Numbered from the whole stretch's first letter, positions 28,366-38,969 are shown. The stretch is 58,892 nucleotides of DNA, filler included, from 5 parts of 5 records of this genome joined end to end with filler, not necessarily neighbours in it; one strand, 5' to 3'. The notes: a model not told the origin generated them from the letters alone. A program made the numbers and translations.

Positions 28366-31300
28366 ATGACCAAAGTGAATTCAAAAAAACTTGTAGTTGT
28401 TCTTGGAATGCACCGTTCCGGAACCTCGGCTACCGCCTCCCTGCTGGAATTAACCGGAGCCTGGCTTGGAAAAAAGACAACTGTGAAAAACCAGGAAAAT
28501 CCCAAAGGGTATTTTGAGAATCAAGATATTGTTGATTTCAATGAAAGGCTTTTCGCTATACTGGGAAGCCGCTGGGATAATGCTTTGTTTGATTATGAAT
28601 ACTCAATATCAATTCTTGGTCCCAGTGAGAGAAAGAAACTGGCGCAGGAAGCTCTGACAATTTTGAAAAAGAATTTTGACGGTTTTGAAGTTGCTGGAAT
28701 TAAAGACCCGAGAATGAGTCTGCTGTTGCCTTTTTGGCAGCCTGTATTCAAGACATATCTTGGTACAACAGGGGTGCTTTATTACCTGCATGTTCTCCGT
28801 CATCCGTTTGAGGTTGCTAAATCCCAGCTTAAACGGCACCAATCAATGCCGGGATCTCACCGTTTAGGTGGTGATTTAAATGAAACCATTGCCCTGTGGT
28901 TTTCATCGTATTTTTGTGCATTTAATTCATTGGATATAGATAATAATCTGCTTGTATCTTTTGAAAATGTGATCTATCGCCCACAGGAGGTCGTGGAAAG
29001 GTTGACGGCATTTTTACAATTAAAGGTTGCTGATTCCAATAAAATAGAAAATGCTGGGACAAGGATTGATCAAAGACTGCACCGGGAAAAAATAAATGAA
29101 ACAACATTAAGGGCTTTAGCCGACAGGAATCCTTATCCTTTCCAGTTTTATAATGTTCTTTTAAACCAGTTTAATATGAAGGTATTCTCCAGGCAGGACG
29201 TATTCGACAAGGTGATAGGGTTATATCCTGGTTTTAAAGTGTTTTTTTTGCTTTATGCCCCTTTTTGTCTGGGTTTATTAGCACTGCTGAATTCTGAGGA
29301 ATCGTTATCGTTCAACGAGATTCAGAACCAGGACCAGGATAACGACCCTTCTGCATTAACGGTCCCCAAAAGGAAAAAGTCTCTGTATTCAATACTTAGG
29401 AGCCTGGAACAGAAAAATAGTGCATTGGAGCAGATTAATAGAGACCTGGAGCAAAAGAATATTGAATGGGAGGAGATTAATAAAGACCTGGAATTGAAAA
29501 ATAATGCATTGGAAGTCAAATTGAATATTGTTTTGCAAAGCAGGGGATGGAGAGTTCTTCTTAAGCTGTATGCAGTAAAAGCTGTTTTTATTCCACCTGA
29601 AAGCAGGCGGCAGGCCTTATTTGATATGGTTATTTATTTTGCCAAAAGGCCTGGATTATTATTCAAAGTGCTTTCTTTTCGAAATATTCGTCTATTATTC
29701 TCTAAATTGAGAACAGGGCCTCCCAAAGAGATAGCAGTGAAAATTAATGCTCATTTAAAAGGATTTGACCTGCAAGATCAGGTTTACGCTCCTGAAATTA
29801 AAAAGATTGACTTTCCAAGGCCTTTTGAGATCCAGATCCCTGAATTTGAATTTTTTGATGTTTCAATAATAATCCCTGCGTATAATCAGTTTGAGTATAA
29901 CTTAGAGTGTATCAACTCAATTGTTACCAATACATATAATGTCAAGTATGAGATTGTTTTTATTGATGATGTTTCAACGGATAGAACATCCGAAATTGAA
30001 AAGTACGTTAAAAATATTAAAGTCATAAGAAATACAGAGAATAAAGGGTTTCTTCTAAACTGCAATATGGGGGCTGAAAGGGCAAAAGGAAAGTATTTAT
30101 TTTTTTTGAATAATGACACCTATGTCACGGAAAACTGGTTGCAGCCTTTGGTTGAACAATTGGAGTCTGAGCCGGATATCGGCATGGTCGGCTCAAAATT
30201 GATATATGCCGACGGAAAGCTTCAAGAGGCTGGGGGTATTATATGGGCCGATGGTTCCGGCTGGAACTATGGCCGAGGTGATAATCCATCACTCAGCCAG
30301 TATAACTATTGCAAAGAGGTGGATTATATTTCTGGCGCTGCAATAATGATCAGACATGATTTATGGGAGACAATAGGGGGGTTTGACACAAGGTACATCC
30401 CAGCTTACTACGAAGACGCAGATCTTGCTTTTGAAGTTAGAAACCATGGGTTCAAAGTAGTGTATAATCCGAAATCCGAAGTAATTCACTATGAAGGTGT
30501 TTCCTGCGGCACAGATGAAAATTCGGGAGTAAAAGCCTATCAAAAGACTAACAGGGAAAAATTCGTTAATAAGCACGCAGATATATTGAAACGGCAGTGT
30601 CAGGGCCCTTCAGACTTGTTCGTTGCAAGGGATCGCAGTTCTTCCCGCAAGATAATTGTAGTTATTGATCATTATGTTCCAACCTACGACAAAGATGCAG
30701 GAAGCCGTCACGTGTTTTCCTGTTTGAAAAGTTTTGTCAGGCTCGGCTATTCAGTTAAATTCATAGGTGATAATTTTTATAACCCTGAGCCCTATACCAG
30801 TATACTTCAGGCCATGGGCATCGAAGTACTTTACGGGAACTGGTATGCAACGAATTGGAAGCAATGGTTCCTTGATAACAGGGAGTCAATCAAATTTGTT
30901 TTTATTAACAGGCCTTATGTCGCAGCTAAATACATTTCATTTTTAAAAGCAACTTTAAACGTGAAAATTATTTATGGCGTGATAGATCTGCACTATAAAA
31001 GGATGCAGATCGAAGCAAGAGTAAAAGACAGCAAGGAAATACTCAATGAAGCTGCCAGGATGGAAAAAATTGAAAGGGATGTTATTACCAAATCTGATAT
31101 CACCTTTTCCGTGAGTCAGGACGAAGTTGATTTTATTAATTCCGAATTTGAGGGGGCAGACGCTAGGTGGGTACCGATATTTCCCTGTGATGCTTTCTGT
31201 TCAAAGTCCAGTGCAGTCAATTTTTTCCCGGAGAGGTCCGGAGTTCTATTTGTTGGAAGCTATCATCATCCACCAAACAAGATGGCCATTGACTGGTTTA

Positions 31301-31755
31301 TTCAAAATGTGCTTCATAGCCTGAAAGAAACAGATCCTGAAATAAAGTTTCACATCATTGGAGAAGATCCCAATAATTCTCATCGTAAGCTGTACGGAAA
31401 TAATGCCTCTGTGGTTTTGCATGGGCATGTTTCCGATCAAAGGCTCAGTGAAATATACAATAGTGTTAAGCTTGCGGTGGTGCCCCTTCAGTATGGTGCC
31501 GGGTTAAAGGGTAAAACCCTTGAGGCAATGTCTTATGGCGTACCGTTTGTCGGAACGAAATATGCGATTGAAGGTTTCCCAGAAAAAGACCGGTGCTTCG
31601 AATCCTATGACAGTCCTGAAGACTTTGTAAGCGCGATTTTAAATTTATACCAGAACGAATCTGCATGGTGCAAAAAGAAGGATTTCAATACAGGTTATAT
31701 CAATAAATATTTTATAGGTTCCATGCTTGATAAAGTATTGTCAGAGGCCTTTTAA
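28366..31755 (+). CDS. Multidomain protein: sulfotransferase-like domain, coiled coil, GT2 and GT4
   Basis: VLGMHRSGTS and KDPR; LEQKN heptads; SIIIPAYN/FLNND/YYEDAD (GT2); GAGLKGKTLEAMSYGVP (GT4). Confidence 0.88.
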   Translation: MTKVNSKKLVVVLGMHRSGTSATASLLELTGAWLGKKTTVKNQENPKGYFENQDIVDFNERLFAILGSRWDNALFDYEYSISILGPSERKKLAQEALTILKKNFDGFEVAGIKDPRMSLLLPFWQPVFKTYLGTTGVLYYLHVLRHPFEVAKSQLKRHQSMPGSHRLGGDLNETIALWFSSYFCAFNSLDIDNNLLVSFENVIYRPQEVVERLTAFLQLKVADSNKIENAGTRIDQRLHREKINETTLRALADRNPYPFQFYNVLLNQFNMKVFSRQDVFDKVIGLYPGFKVFFLLYAPFCLGLLALLNSEESLSFNEIQNQDQDNDPSALTVPKRKKSLYSILRSLEQKNSALEQINRDLEQKNIEWEEINKDLELKNNALEVKLNIVLQSRGWRVLLKLYAVKAVFIPPESRRQALFDMVIYFAKRPGLLFKVLSFRNIRLLFSKLRTGPPKEIAVKINAHLKGFDLQDQVYAPEIKKIDFPRPFEIQIPEFEFFDVSIIIPAYNQFEYNLECINSIVTNTYNVKYEIVFIDDVSTDRTSEIEKYVKNIKVIRNTENKGFLLNCNMGAERAKGKYLFFLNNDTYVTENWLQPLVEQLESEPDIGMVGSKLIYADGKLQEAGGIIWADGSGWNYGRGDNPSLSQYNYCKEVDYISGAAIMIRHDLWETIGGFDTRYIPAYYEDADLAFEVRNHGFKVVYNPKSEVIHYEGVSCGTDENSGVKAYQKTNREKFVNKHADILKRQCQGPSDLFVARDRSSSRKIIVVIDHYVPTYDKDAGSRHVFSCLKSFVRLGYSVKFIGDNFYNPEPYTSILQAMGIEVLYGNWYATNWKQWFLDNRESIKFVFINRPYVAAKYISFLKATLNVKIIYGVIDLHYKRMQIEARVKDSKEILNEAARMEKIERDVITKSDITFSVSQDEVDFINSEFEGADARWVPIFPCDAFCSKSSAVNFFPERSGVLFVGSYHHPPNKMAIDWFIQNVLHSLKETDPEIKFHIIGEDPNNSHRKLYGNNASVVLHGHVSDQRLSEIYNSVKLAVVPLQYGAGLKGKTLEAMSYGVPFVGTKYAIEGFPEKDRCFESYDSPEDFVSAILNLYQNESAWCKKKDFNTGYINKYFIGSMLDKVLSEAF
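29404..29520 (+). repeat. 21/42-nt degenerate tandem repeat encoding coiled-coil heptads
   Basis: LEQKNSA LEQINRD LEQKNIE WEEINKD LELKNNA LEVK. Confidence 0.7.
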
Positions 31756-31806
31756 AAAAACGGAGTTCTATTTCGCAGAACTTTTATGTCGCAGTAGAGG
31801 AATAAA

Positions 31807-32634
31807 ATGAGGCATATAATTATCCATAAACATTTGTTTAAAAACGGTGGTTCAACCATTGATTGGGCGTTAAAAAAGAATTTTGGCAAAGGGTTTTATG
31901 ACCATCGTGACGACAAGGCAATGATACAAGGCGGTGCGGACTATCTTGAAGCATTCTTGGAGGAAAATCAGGAAATAGTTGTCGTATCATCCCACCATAT
32001 GCCCCAGCAGCTGCCTGAACGAGCCGACTGGAATTTTCTTGTCTTAGCGATGTTTCGTCATCCCATTGAGCGAATTGCTTCAGTTTATACTTTTGAGAAA
32101 AAACAAAATCCAAAATCAACACCAGGGGCATTTCATGCCAATAAATACAACCTGGAAGATTATGTCCTGTGGAGATGTCGGAACGATTCCGGTCCAACCA
32201 TTAGAGATTTTTATACAAGGTGTTTTCAGCCGGTTCCCAAAAAATTGAATCAGGCATGCAACCAGGAGGATCTCGCAATTGCCATGCAACAGGTCGAAAA
32301 AGTTTTTTGCTGCGGTTGTTTAGAGGAGTTTGATTTAAGCATGGTCGTTGTTGAAAACTTCTTGCTGAAGTTTTTTCCCGAAATTGATCTTTCGTATGTA
32401 CGCCAGAATACGGGGATTTCAAAGGGGAAAACGTTTGCAGAAAAAATGAGTTTTCTGACCAGAAACCTAACCCCGGAGACTTTTTTAAAAGTTTTCAATT
32501 CCAATCAATGTGATATTATACTCTACGAATACGTTAGGTGCTTATTCTATAAAAAATTATTTGAACTGGGTGATACTGAACAATTATTGATGGATTTCCA
32601 GACCCGTTGCAAAAAACAAAAGCGGTTTTTCTAA
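31807..32634 (+). CDS. Sulfotransferase family 2 protein
   Basis: 5'-PSB-like HLFKNGGST and 3'-PB-like FRHPIERIASVY motifs. Confidence 0.75.
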   Translation: MRHIIIHKHLFKNGGSTIDWALKKNFGKGFYDHRDDKAMIQGGADYLEAFLEENQEIVVVSSHHMPQQLPERADWNFLVLAMFRHPIERIASVYTFEKKQNPKSTPGAFHANKYNLEDYVLWRCRNDSGPTIRDFYTRCFQPVPKKLNQACNQEDLAIAMQQVEKVFCCGCLEEFDLSMVVVENFLLKFFPEIDLSYVRQNTGISKGKTFAEKMSFLTRNLTPETFLKVFNSNQCDIILYEYVRCLFYKKLFELGDTEQLLMDFQTRCKKQKRFF

Positions 32635-32635
32635 G

Positions 32636-33589
32636 ATGAATTTTATTAAGTACTACCGGGTGATACAGGAAGGCCTGACCAAATTATCCGGGAGAATTTC
32701 ATTTGGCAGCAGTGCAAAAAAAGAAATTAAAGTAGTCGTTGTTGCAAATTGCCAGGCAAGGCCGATCGCACAACTGCTGCCCCGGTTGAATCCTTCCATC
32801 CATGTGCTGGAGACTGTTATTATCCATTTGGCTAAAAGCGAAGAGTATGATGAGTATAAACCTTCGTTTGAGAATGCAGACATAATAATTTCACAACTGG
32901 TTTCGGATAACTATCCATGTATCTTTGTAAGAAACGGCTTTTTAAAAAAAGAGTACGGCTCTAAGGTAGTTACAATTTTAAATTTGTACTACTCGGGATA
33001 TACCCCTGACTGGATTTATATTAGAAACCTTCCTGGCCATGGCACTTTACGCGGACCCATGGGAGACTATCATAACCAGACGGTCTATGACGCCTGGCGG
33101 GAAGGGAAAAATGTGCAACAGGCACAGGACCTGATTTGTGATGTGGAATACAACAAGCTCAGGTACGGATCTATTGTACATAAATCGTTGTTAGAACTTA
33201 AGAAGCGTGAAGAATTGGTGGATATTCCAATTTGTGATTTTATCGAAGATAACATGTTCTCCCAGAGGTTGTTTTTTACGTGCAATCATCCATCAATGAC
33301 CCTTCTTTTGGAGTATGTCCAAAGAATTATGAGAGCAGTTGGCATTGAAGACCTTTCCGGCAGAGGGATTACAGAGCTGAACGAGGCCCTTGATCGGTTT
33401 GTACCGGTAGTCAATTGCGGGGTTCCGTTCAGCTTTGCACAGGAAAATCGTTTTAAAGGAGTAGAAATTCTGTCCATTAATGAACAGAATGTTGAAATTG
33501 GAAGAACAAAATATTACCAGCTTCAGGAGCTGATACAATCCTTTTACAGGGTATATGAAGTAAACTCTGCTGTCTTTAAACATGAGTAA
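32636..33589 (+). CDS. WcbI-like polysaccharide biosynthesis protein (putative acetyltransferase)
   Basis: VANCQA, LYYSGY and LFFTCNHPS motifs. Confidence 0.72.
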   Translation: MNFIKYYRVIQEGLTKLSGRISFGSSAKKEIKVVVVANCQARPIAQLLPRLNPSIHVLETVIIHLAKSEEYDEYKPSFENADIIISQLVSDNYPCIFVRNGFLKKEYGSKVVTILNLYYSGYTPDWIYIRNLPGHGTLRGPMGDYHNQTVYDAWREGKNVQQAQDLICDVEYNKLRYGSIVHKSLLELKKREELVDIPICDFIEDNMFSQRLFFTCNHPSMTLLLEYVQRIMRAVGIEDLSGRGITELNEALDRFVPVVNCGVPFSFAQENRFKGVEILSINEQNVEIGRTKYYQLQELIQSFYRVYEVNSAVFKHE

Positions 33590-33655
33590 TGGTGTGCGGG
33601 TAAATGGTAAAAAATTATATCAATGAATAATAATTAACGTAAAGAGTCTTTTTTC

Positions 33656-34551
33656 ATGAGTATTTCCAAAAAAGCTGTCATAACAGGTATAACAGGCCAG
33701 GATGGTGCTTATTTGGCCCAATTGCTTTTATCTAAAAACTACGAGGTTTATGGAACATACCGCAGGGCAAGTACAGTTAACTTCTGGCGTATTGATGAAT
33801 TGGGAATCAGTGATCATCAGAATTTTCACCTTACTGAATATGATTTAACTGATCAGGCAACAAGTATTCGCCTGATCAATCAGATACAGCCGGATGAGAT
33901 TTATAACCTTGCTGCCCAAAGCTTTGTTGCGGTTTCATTTGAACAACCTATTTTGACAGGAAACATTACAGGTTTAGGGGCGCTTCATCTTCTGGAATCC
34001 ATTCGTATAGTGAACCCGGAAATAAAATTTTACCAGGCTTCAACTTCAGAGCTGTATGGCAAAGCCCAGGAAACCCCGCAAACTGAAACAACCCCCTTCT
34101 ATCCCAGAAGTCCTTACGGAGTTGCCAAATTATATGCCCACTGGATGACCATAAATTATCGAGAAGCATATAATATTTTTGGCTCCTGCGGCATCTTGTT
34201 CAATCATGAATCTCCTTTGCGTGGGCTGGAATTTGTAACCCGGAAAATTACTGATAGTGTCGCCAAAATTAAGTTAGGCCTGATTGATGCAGTAGAGTTG
34301 GGAAATCTTGATGCCAAACGTGACTGGGGGTATGCAAAGGATTATGTCGAGGGGATGTGGAGAATGCTTCAGGCAGACAAGCCCGATGTTTTTGTCCTTG
34401 CCACCAACCGGACCCAAAGTGTCCGTGATTTTGTTACCATGGCTTTTAAGGCTGTTGGTATAGAACTTGATTTTCAGGGCAAAGGTGAGAATGAGATCGC
34501 TGTTGATATTGCCACCGGAAAAACCCTTGTTCGGGTCAATCCAAAATACTA
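33656..34551 (+). CDS. gmd: GDP-mannose 4,6-dehydratase, 3'-truncated by the contig end
   Basis: [27 protein letters not shown] and FNHESPLRG motifs. Confidence 0.96.
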
Positions 34552-34651
34552 NNNNNNNNNNNNNNNNNNNNNNNNNNNNNNNNNNNNNNNNNNNNTTAAT
34601 TAATTAANNNNNNNNNNNNNNNNNNNNNNNNNNNNNNNNNNNNNNNNNNNN
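34552..34651. other. Artificial contig spacer
   Basis: N run with linker. Confidence 0.99.
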
Positions 34652-34675
34652 GCGGAGAATTAAACTCAATCGCGA

Positions 34676-35188
34676 TTAAATGATTTCTTTAATTAGCTCC
34701 ATAGCAGTGGTTTCTCTAACTATTGATAATCCCAGTGAATTTGCTTTTTGTTCAATTACTTTTTTATTATGCATGATTGCTTCTTCTAAGCTTATCCATA
34801 AATGCTTCATTCCATTTCTTATTTCATAATCCTCGAATTGAGCCTCTTGAAAATCATCTGCTTCGCATAAATAAAAGTGTGATCTTTCATGAATCAGATC
34901 AAACTGAGGCTTTGGATGTGGTCTGTAATCCTCTATATATCCTAACTCTTTTATTATCTCTACTCCAACTGCTCCGGTTTCCTCTAGCATCTCTCTTTTT
35001 AAACCAGAATGAAGATGTTCTTCAGAGTCTACTCCTCCTCCCGGAAAAGTATAATCATTATATCGCTTTGTATACATTAATAAGACTTTATCATCTCTTA
35101 CCATTACTCCCCTTGCAGAAACTCTATCAAATATTTTCCCCTCTATGTTTTTAACATCAGGATGAGTTATTTTTTTTAATAATTTCAT
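34676..35188 (-). CDS. NUDIX hydrolase
   Basis: GGGVDSEEHLHSGLKREMLEETG Nudix box. Confidence 0.9.
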   Translation of the reverse strand: MKLLKKITHPDVKNIEGKIFDRVSARGVMVRDDKVLLMYTKRYNDYTFPGGGVDSEEHLHSGLKREMLEETGAVGVEIIKELGYIEDYRPHPKPQFDLIHERSHFYLCEADDFQEAQFEDYEIRNGMKHLWISLEEAIMHNKKVIEQKANSLGLSIVRETTAMELIKEII

Positions 35189-35392
35189 TTTATCTTCCTT
35201 TCAAATGTAAATTTATTATATTTTATCATAAAGCTTAGTATTTAACTAATATTTTAAATACTCAACAATTTACTCCTATTCAACCCTAATTTTTCCCAAT
35301 TTTGTCATTAATTTGCCACACTTCTATTCTATAATTATTATGTCAGGAGTATTAATATTACTCAAATCTCAGAATTGAAGGAGTGGTCAGCA

Positions 35393-35542
35393 ATGAATAA
35401 ATTATCCTTATTTCTGATTATTTTAACTTTCTCAATTTTAATGAGCGGATGTGTAAGGGTTGGTTTAAGAAGACAATGGTACTCTGATGCTTATCACTGC
35501 GCATCCCCTATTTATTCAAGTGATATCATCATTATTGATTGA
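35393..35542 (+). CDS. Small 49-aa putative lipoprotein (below ORF-track cut-off)
   Basis: AAGGAG RBS; MNKLSLFLIILTFSILMSGC lipobox; followed by a terminator. Confidence 0.6.
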   Translation: MNKLSLFLIILTFSILMSGCVRVGLRRQWYSDAYHCASPIYSSDIIIID

Positions 35543-35573
35543 ATACAAAACTAATTATAGTTAACTGCCTAAC

Positions 35574-35609
35574 TAAAAATAGAACACTTTAATAAGTGTT
35601 CTATTTTTA
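35574..35609. terminator. Intrinsic terminator
   Basis: TAAAAATAGAACACTT-TAAT-AAGTGTTCTATTTTTA. Confidence 0.75.
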
Positions 35610-35731
35610 TGTATAACAATTTATGTCAAATTATATAAAAAATTTGAATATTAACTTTGATTTTGTTGACTTTAGAAAATATAAATTATATAATAATAAA
35701 TGTTATGCTATAAAGGGATGGGAGTAATTTT

Positions 35732-37705
35732 ATGAATAATTTTTATGAAAGATATAATTTTGCTGTTAAAATTATTTTGTCAGTTTCATTAATTATCGGC
35801 TGTTTATTTGTTATTACATATAAACTCATTAATTCTCAAATAAATGAGTATCAAAATGACGAAGTCGTTAATTTCATTAATTTAATCAAACATGAAATGT
35901 CATATGTTGAAAAAACAAATCGAAATATTGAACGAAAAGTTGAAGAAAACTTGTTTTTCATTTCTGAAAAAATCAATACTGAACTTAATAAATATCCATT
36001 GGAAAAATTGAATAATCAAATCCTACAAAACTATATAGAAGAATTCAATCTAACAGGGATATCAATTTTTGCAGATGTAGATAATAAAATTACAATTATT
36101 AATTCAACTATTCCCCAGGAGATAGGGATATCAACAGAAAATTGGGGTTATTGGAATGACGCCTTTAGAGAACTTTTAAATCAAAAAACAGTAAGCAACA
36201 ATAAAGGATATTTTAAAAAAAATTATTGGGCAGGTCCCAGAACCCTGTCATATATTACGGAGGGTTTTCATAAATATACATATTACTATAATCAAAAAAA
36301 TAATTTTCTTCTTAACTTAATCGTAACAGATCCATATATATTTAATTATGAACCTTCTCCTAAAAAAGAAAAAAATAGTATTGATGAAACCTTATTTCAA
36401 TTTCAAAACAATCTTGATTTTATTAGTACAGTTGCTATTATTGATAATAATGCCTTTATCTCATTTATCAATGGGGATACAGTGAAAAAAGGTTACGATC
36501 CTTTAATTATTCACGGAGACAGGACACTAATTTTCCCTATGGAAATCATGATTAGAATTAAAGATTATCTCAGTCAAAAAAATATGGCAAATACCTTTTT
36601 TGATACTGAAGATAAAGCTTCTACAATCGGTATTGTTCCAATAGAAAATAATAAGTCAATTATTATGTTACTTAACCATTCTAGCAAAAACTTATTATTT
36701 AAAAAAACTGCTCCTTTATTTATAATAATGGGGGTGGCTTCTATTCTCTCTATTTTTGCAATTTCATATTTGATGATTCAAAATTATCAAGGCTTACTTG
36801 ATATAGAAAAAGAAAGATTACAAATAGCTGAGGATTTCAAAAAAACAATCTCAGTTTTACCTGATATTATTTATCACTGTAAATTTGATAAAAATGGCGA
36901 GATTTACCTCACATCTGTAGAAGGGAAAATTTTGAAAAATGAGAAGTTTCGATTTCTAAAAAATACCCCCATCAGATTAAAAGATATCTTTCCACCTGAA
37001 ATAATAGACGCAAACAGTAAATATTTTAAAAGTGCATTTGCTGAACATAAAGAAAGATTTGAGATGGAATATTTAAATCGGGTATTTGAACATGTAATAA
37101 CTCCGGTTTACAAAAGCGGAATTAACTTAAAAACTGCTAAAGTAAATGAAATAATGGGTGTAGCAAATGATATCACTGAAAGAGTACAAGAGGAGCAGAT
37201 GGCTAAATATATGGCCTATCATGATACTCTGACAAATCTACCAAACAGAGCTAAGTTCATGTCTATGTTAGATGATTTGATAAAACAACATGAAATAACA
37301 AATGAAAAATTCACTCTGTTTTATATGGATCTTGATAATTTCAAGTTAGTAAATGATCATGACGGACATCAAATTGGTGATATTCTGCTAAGAAAATTTG
37401 GATATCGAGTAAATGATATTTTAAGTAATGATGAAACTTTATGTCGAATTGGCGGTGATGAATTTGCTGTCATATCAAAAGAAAATACTCTTAATAATAT
37501 TATTAAAATCGCAGAAAACATCATTGAATCCACTATTCAACCATTTGAAATTCAGCAGAAAATTCATCAAATAGGAGTTAGTATCGGTGTCGCTATCTAT
37601 CCTGAACATGGAGCTACTAAAAAGGAATTAATAAAAAATGCTGATGATTTAATGTACCAAATTAAAAAAGAAGGAAAAAAAGGATTTAAAATATATAAAA
37701 ACTAA
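35732..37705 (+). CDS. Membrane-anchored diguanylate cyclase (extracellular sensor, PAS-like, GGDEF)
   Basis: Two TM segments; HDTLTNLPNR, DLDNFK and RIGGDEF motifs. Confidence 0.92.
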   Translation: MNNFYERYNFAVKIILSVSLIIGCLFVITYKLINSQINEYQNDEVVNFINLIKHEMSYVEKTNRNIERKVEENLFFISEKINTELNKYPLEKLNNQILQNYIEEFNLTGISIFADVDNKITIINSTIPQEIGISTENWGYWNDAFRELLNQKTVSNNKGYFKKNYWAGPRTLSYITEGFHKYTYYYNQKNNFLLNLIVTDPYIFNYEPSPKKEKNSIDETLFQFQNNLDFISTVAIIDNNAFISFINGDTVKKGYDPLIIHGDRTLIFPMEIMIRIKDYLSQKNMANTFFDTEDKASTIGIVPIENNKSIIMLLNHSSKNLLFKKTAPLFIIMGVASILSIFAISYLMIQNYQGLLDIEKERLQIAEDFKKTISVLPDIIYHCKFDKNGEIYLTSVEGKILKNEKFRFLKNTPIRLKDIFPPEIIDANSKYFKSAFAEHKERFEMEYLNRVFEHVITPVYKSGINLKTAKVNEIMGVANDITERVQEEQMAKYMAYHDTLTNLPNRAKFMSMLDDLIKQHEITNEKFTLFYMDLDNFKLVNDHDGHQIGDILLRKFGYRVNDILSNDETLCRIGGDEFAVISKENTLNNIIKIAENIIESTIQPFEIQQKIHQIGVSIGVAIYPEHGATKKELIKNADDLMYQIKKEGKKGFKIYKN

Positions 37706-37796
37706 ACTTTTAATCGTTATGAAAAATTTCATAGCGATTTTTTTTATTCGAAATTTTAAACTTCTACTAACAAATAAAACTTTTTTTATTTTACTA

Positions 37797-37866
37797 TTGC
37801 TTTTTTGATAAAAATAGAGTAAACTAGTTTTGTAAACAAAAGTTTACTCTATAAACAAAAGTTTAG
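37797..37866 (+). promoter_or_regulatory. Sigma70 promoter plus two TAAAC-AAAA-GTTTA operator palindromes
   Basis: TTGCTT-N17-TAAACT; palindromes at 37832-37847 and 37851-37866. Confidence 0.6.
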
Positions 37867-37874
37867 GTGATCGT

Positions 37875-38969
37875 ATGACTAACAGAGAGTTAGAGATTCT
37901 CGAATTAATTAAAAGTAATCCAATGATATCACAACAAGAGATAGCTGATAAATTAAATATTACAAGGTCTTCTGCTGCTGTGCATATTAGTAATTTAGGA
38001 AAAAAAGGCTATATCCAGGGGAAAGGTTATATCATTAACGAAGCCCCGTACATCACTATAATTGGCGGCGCCAATATAGATTTACAAGGTTTTCCAAAAG
38101 AAAAACTGATTTTCCAAGATTCCAATCCTGGTGAAATGAAAATATCTCTGGGCGGAGTCGGTAGAAATATTGGTGAAAACTTAGTTAAGTTAGGAGCTGA
38201 TACCAAACTTATTACAGTTTTAGGAAATGACCTTTATGGGGATAAAATCCTCAATCATGCAGCTGATATCGGTTTGGATATGCATAACTCATTTGTATTA
38301 AATAATAAGGCTACTTCTACTTATTTATCTGTACTGGATAAAAACGGAGATATGGCAATAGCTATTGCATCAATGGACATATTTGAGAATATGAGTCCGG
38401 AGTTTATTAAACAAAAGATAAATGCCATTAGCGGTTCCGCTTTATGTATCATTGATACAAATATCCCTAAAGAAACTATTGAATTTATTGTCAAAAACAT
38501 CAAAAATGTTGATTTTTTCTTAGATACGGTATCTTCAGCAAAAGCTAAAAAGATTAAAGACTTAATCCAATATTTTCATACTATCAAGCCAAACAAAATC
38601 GAAGCTGAAATGTTATCAGGGATTAAAATCAAAAATGACGATGACCTGTTAGAAGTTTCTAATTTTTTCTTGGAAAAAGGTGTTAAAAATGTATTTATCA
38701 CCCTTGGAAAAGATGGTGTATTCTATAATGATGGGAAAAATCACAAGTTAATCAAATCAAAAATAATAGAACCGGTTAATGCTACAGGTGCAGGTGATGC
38801 TTTTGTTGCCGGACTTGCGTATAGTCATTTTAAGAGTTTAGATATAGAATCAAGTACCAAAATAGCTATAGCAGCATCAGTCATGGCTATTTCGCATGAA
38901 GATACAATCAATCCAAATATAAATATAGAAAATATTAATAATCTGATAAAGGAGTTGGAATTATGTTAG
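37875..38969 (+). CDS. psuK: wHTH-fused PfkB kinase, probable pseudouridine kinase
   Basis: N-terminal HTH (SQQEIADKLNITRSSAAVHISNL); GGVGRN and NATGAGDAF motifs; overlaps psuG. Confidence 0.85.
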   Translation: MTNRELEILELIKSNPMISQQEIADKLNITRSSAAVHISNLGKKGYIQGKGYIINEAPYITIIGGANIDLQGFPKEKLIFQDSNPGEMKISLGGVGRNIGENLVKLGADTKLITVLGNDLYGDKILNHAADIGLDMHNSFVLNNKATSTYLSVLDKNGDMAIAIASMDIFENMSPEFIKQKINAISGSALCIIDTNIPKETIEFIVKNIKNVDFFLDTVSSAKAKKIKDLIQYFHTIKPNKIEAEMLSGIKIKNDDDLLEVSNFFLEKGVKNVFITLGKDGVFYNDGKNHKLIKSKIIEPVNATGAGDAFVAGLAYSHFKSLDIESSTKIAIAASVMAISHEDTINPNINIENINNLIKELELC

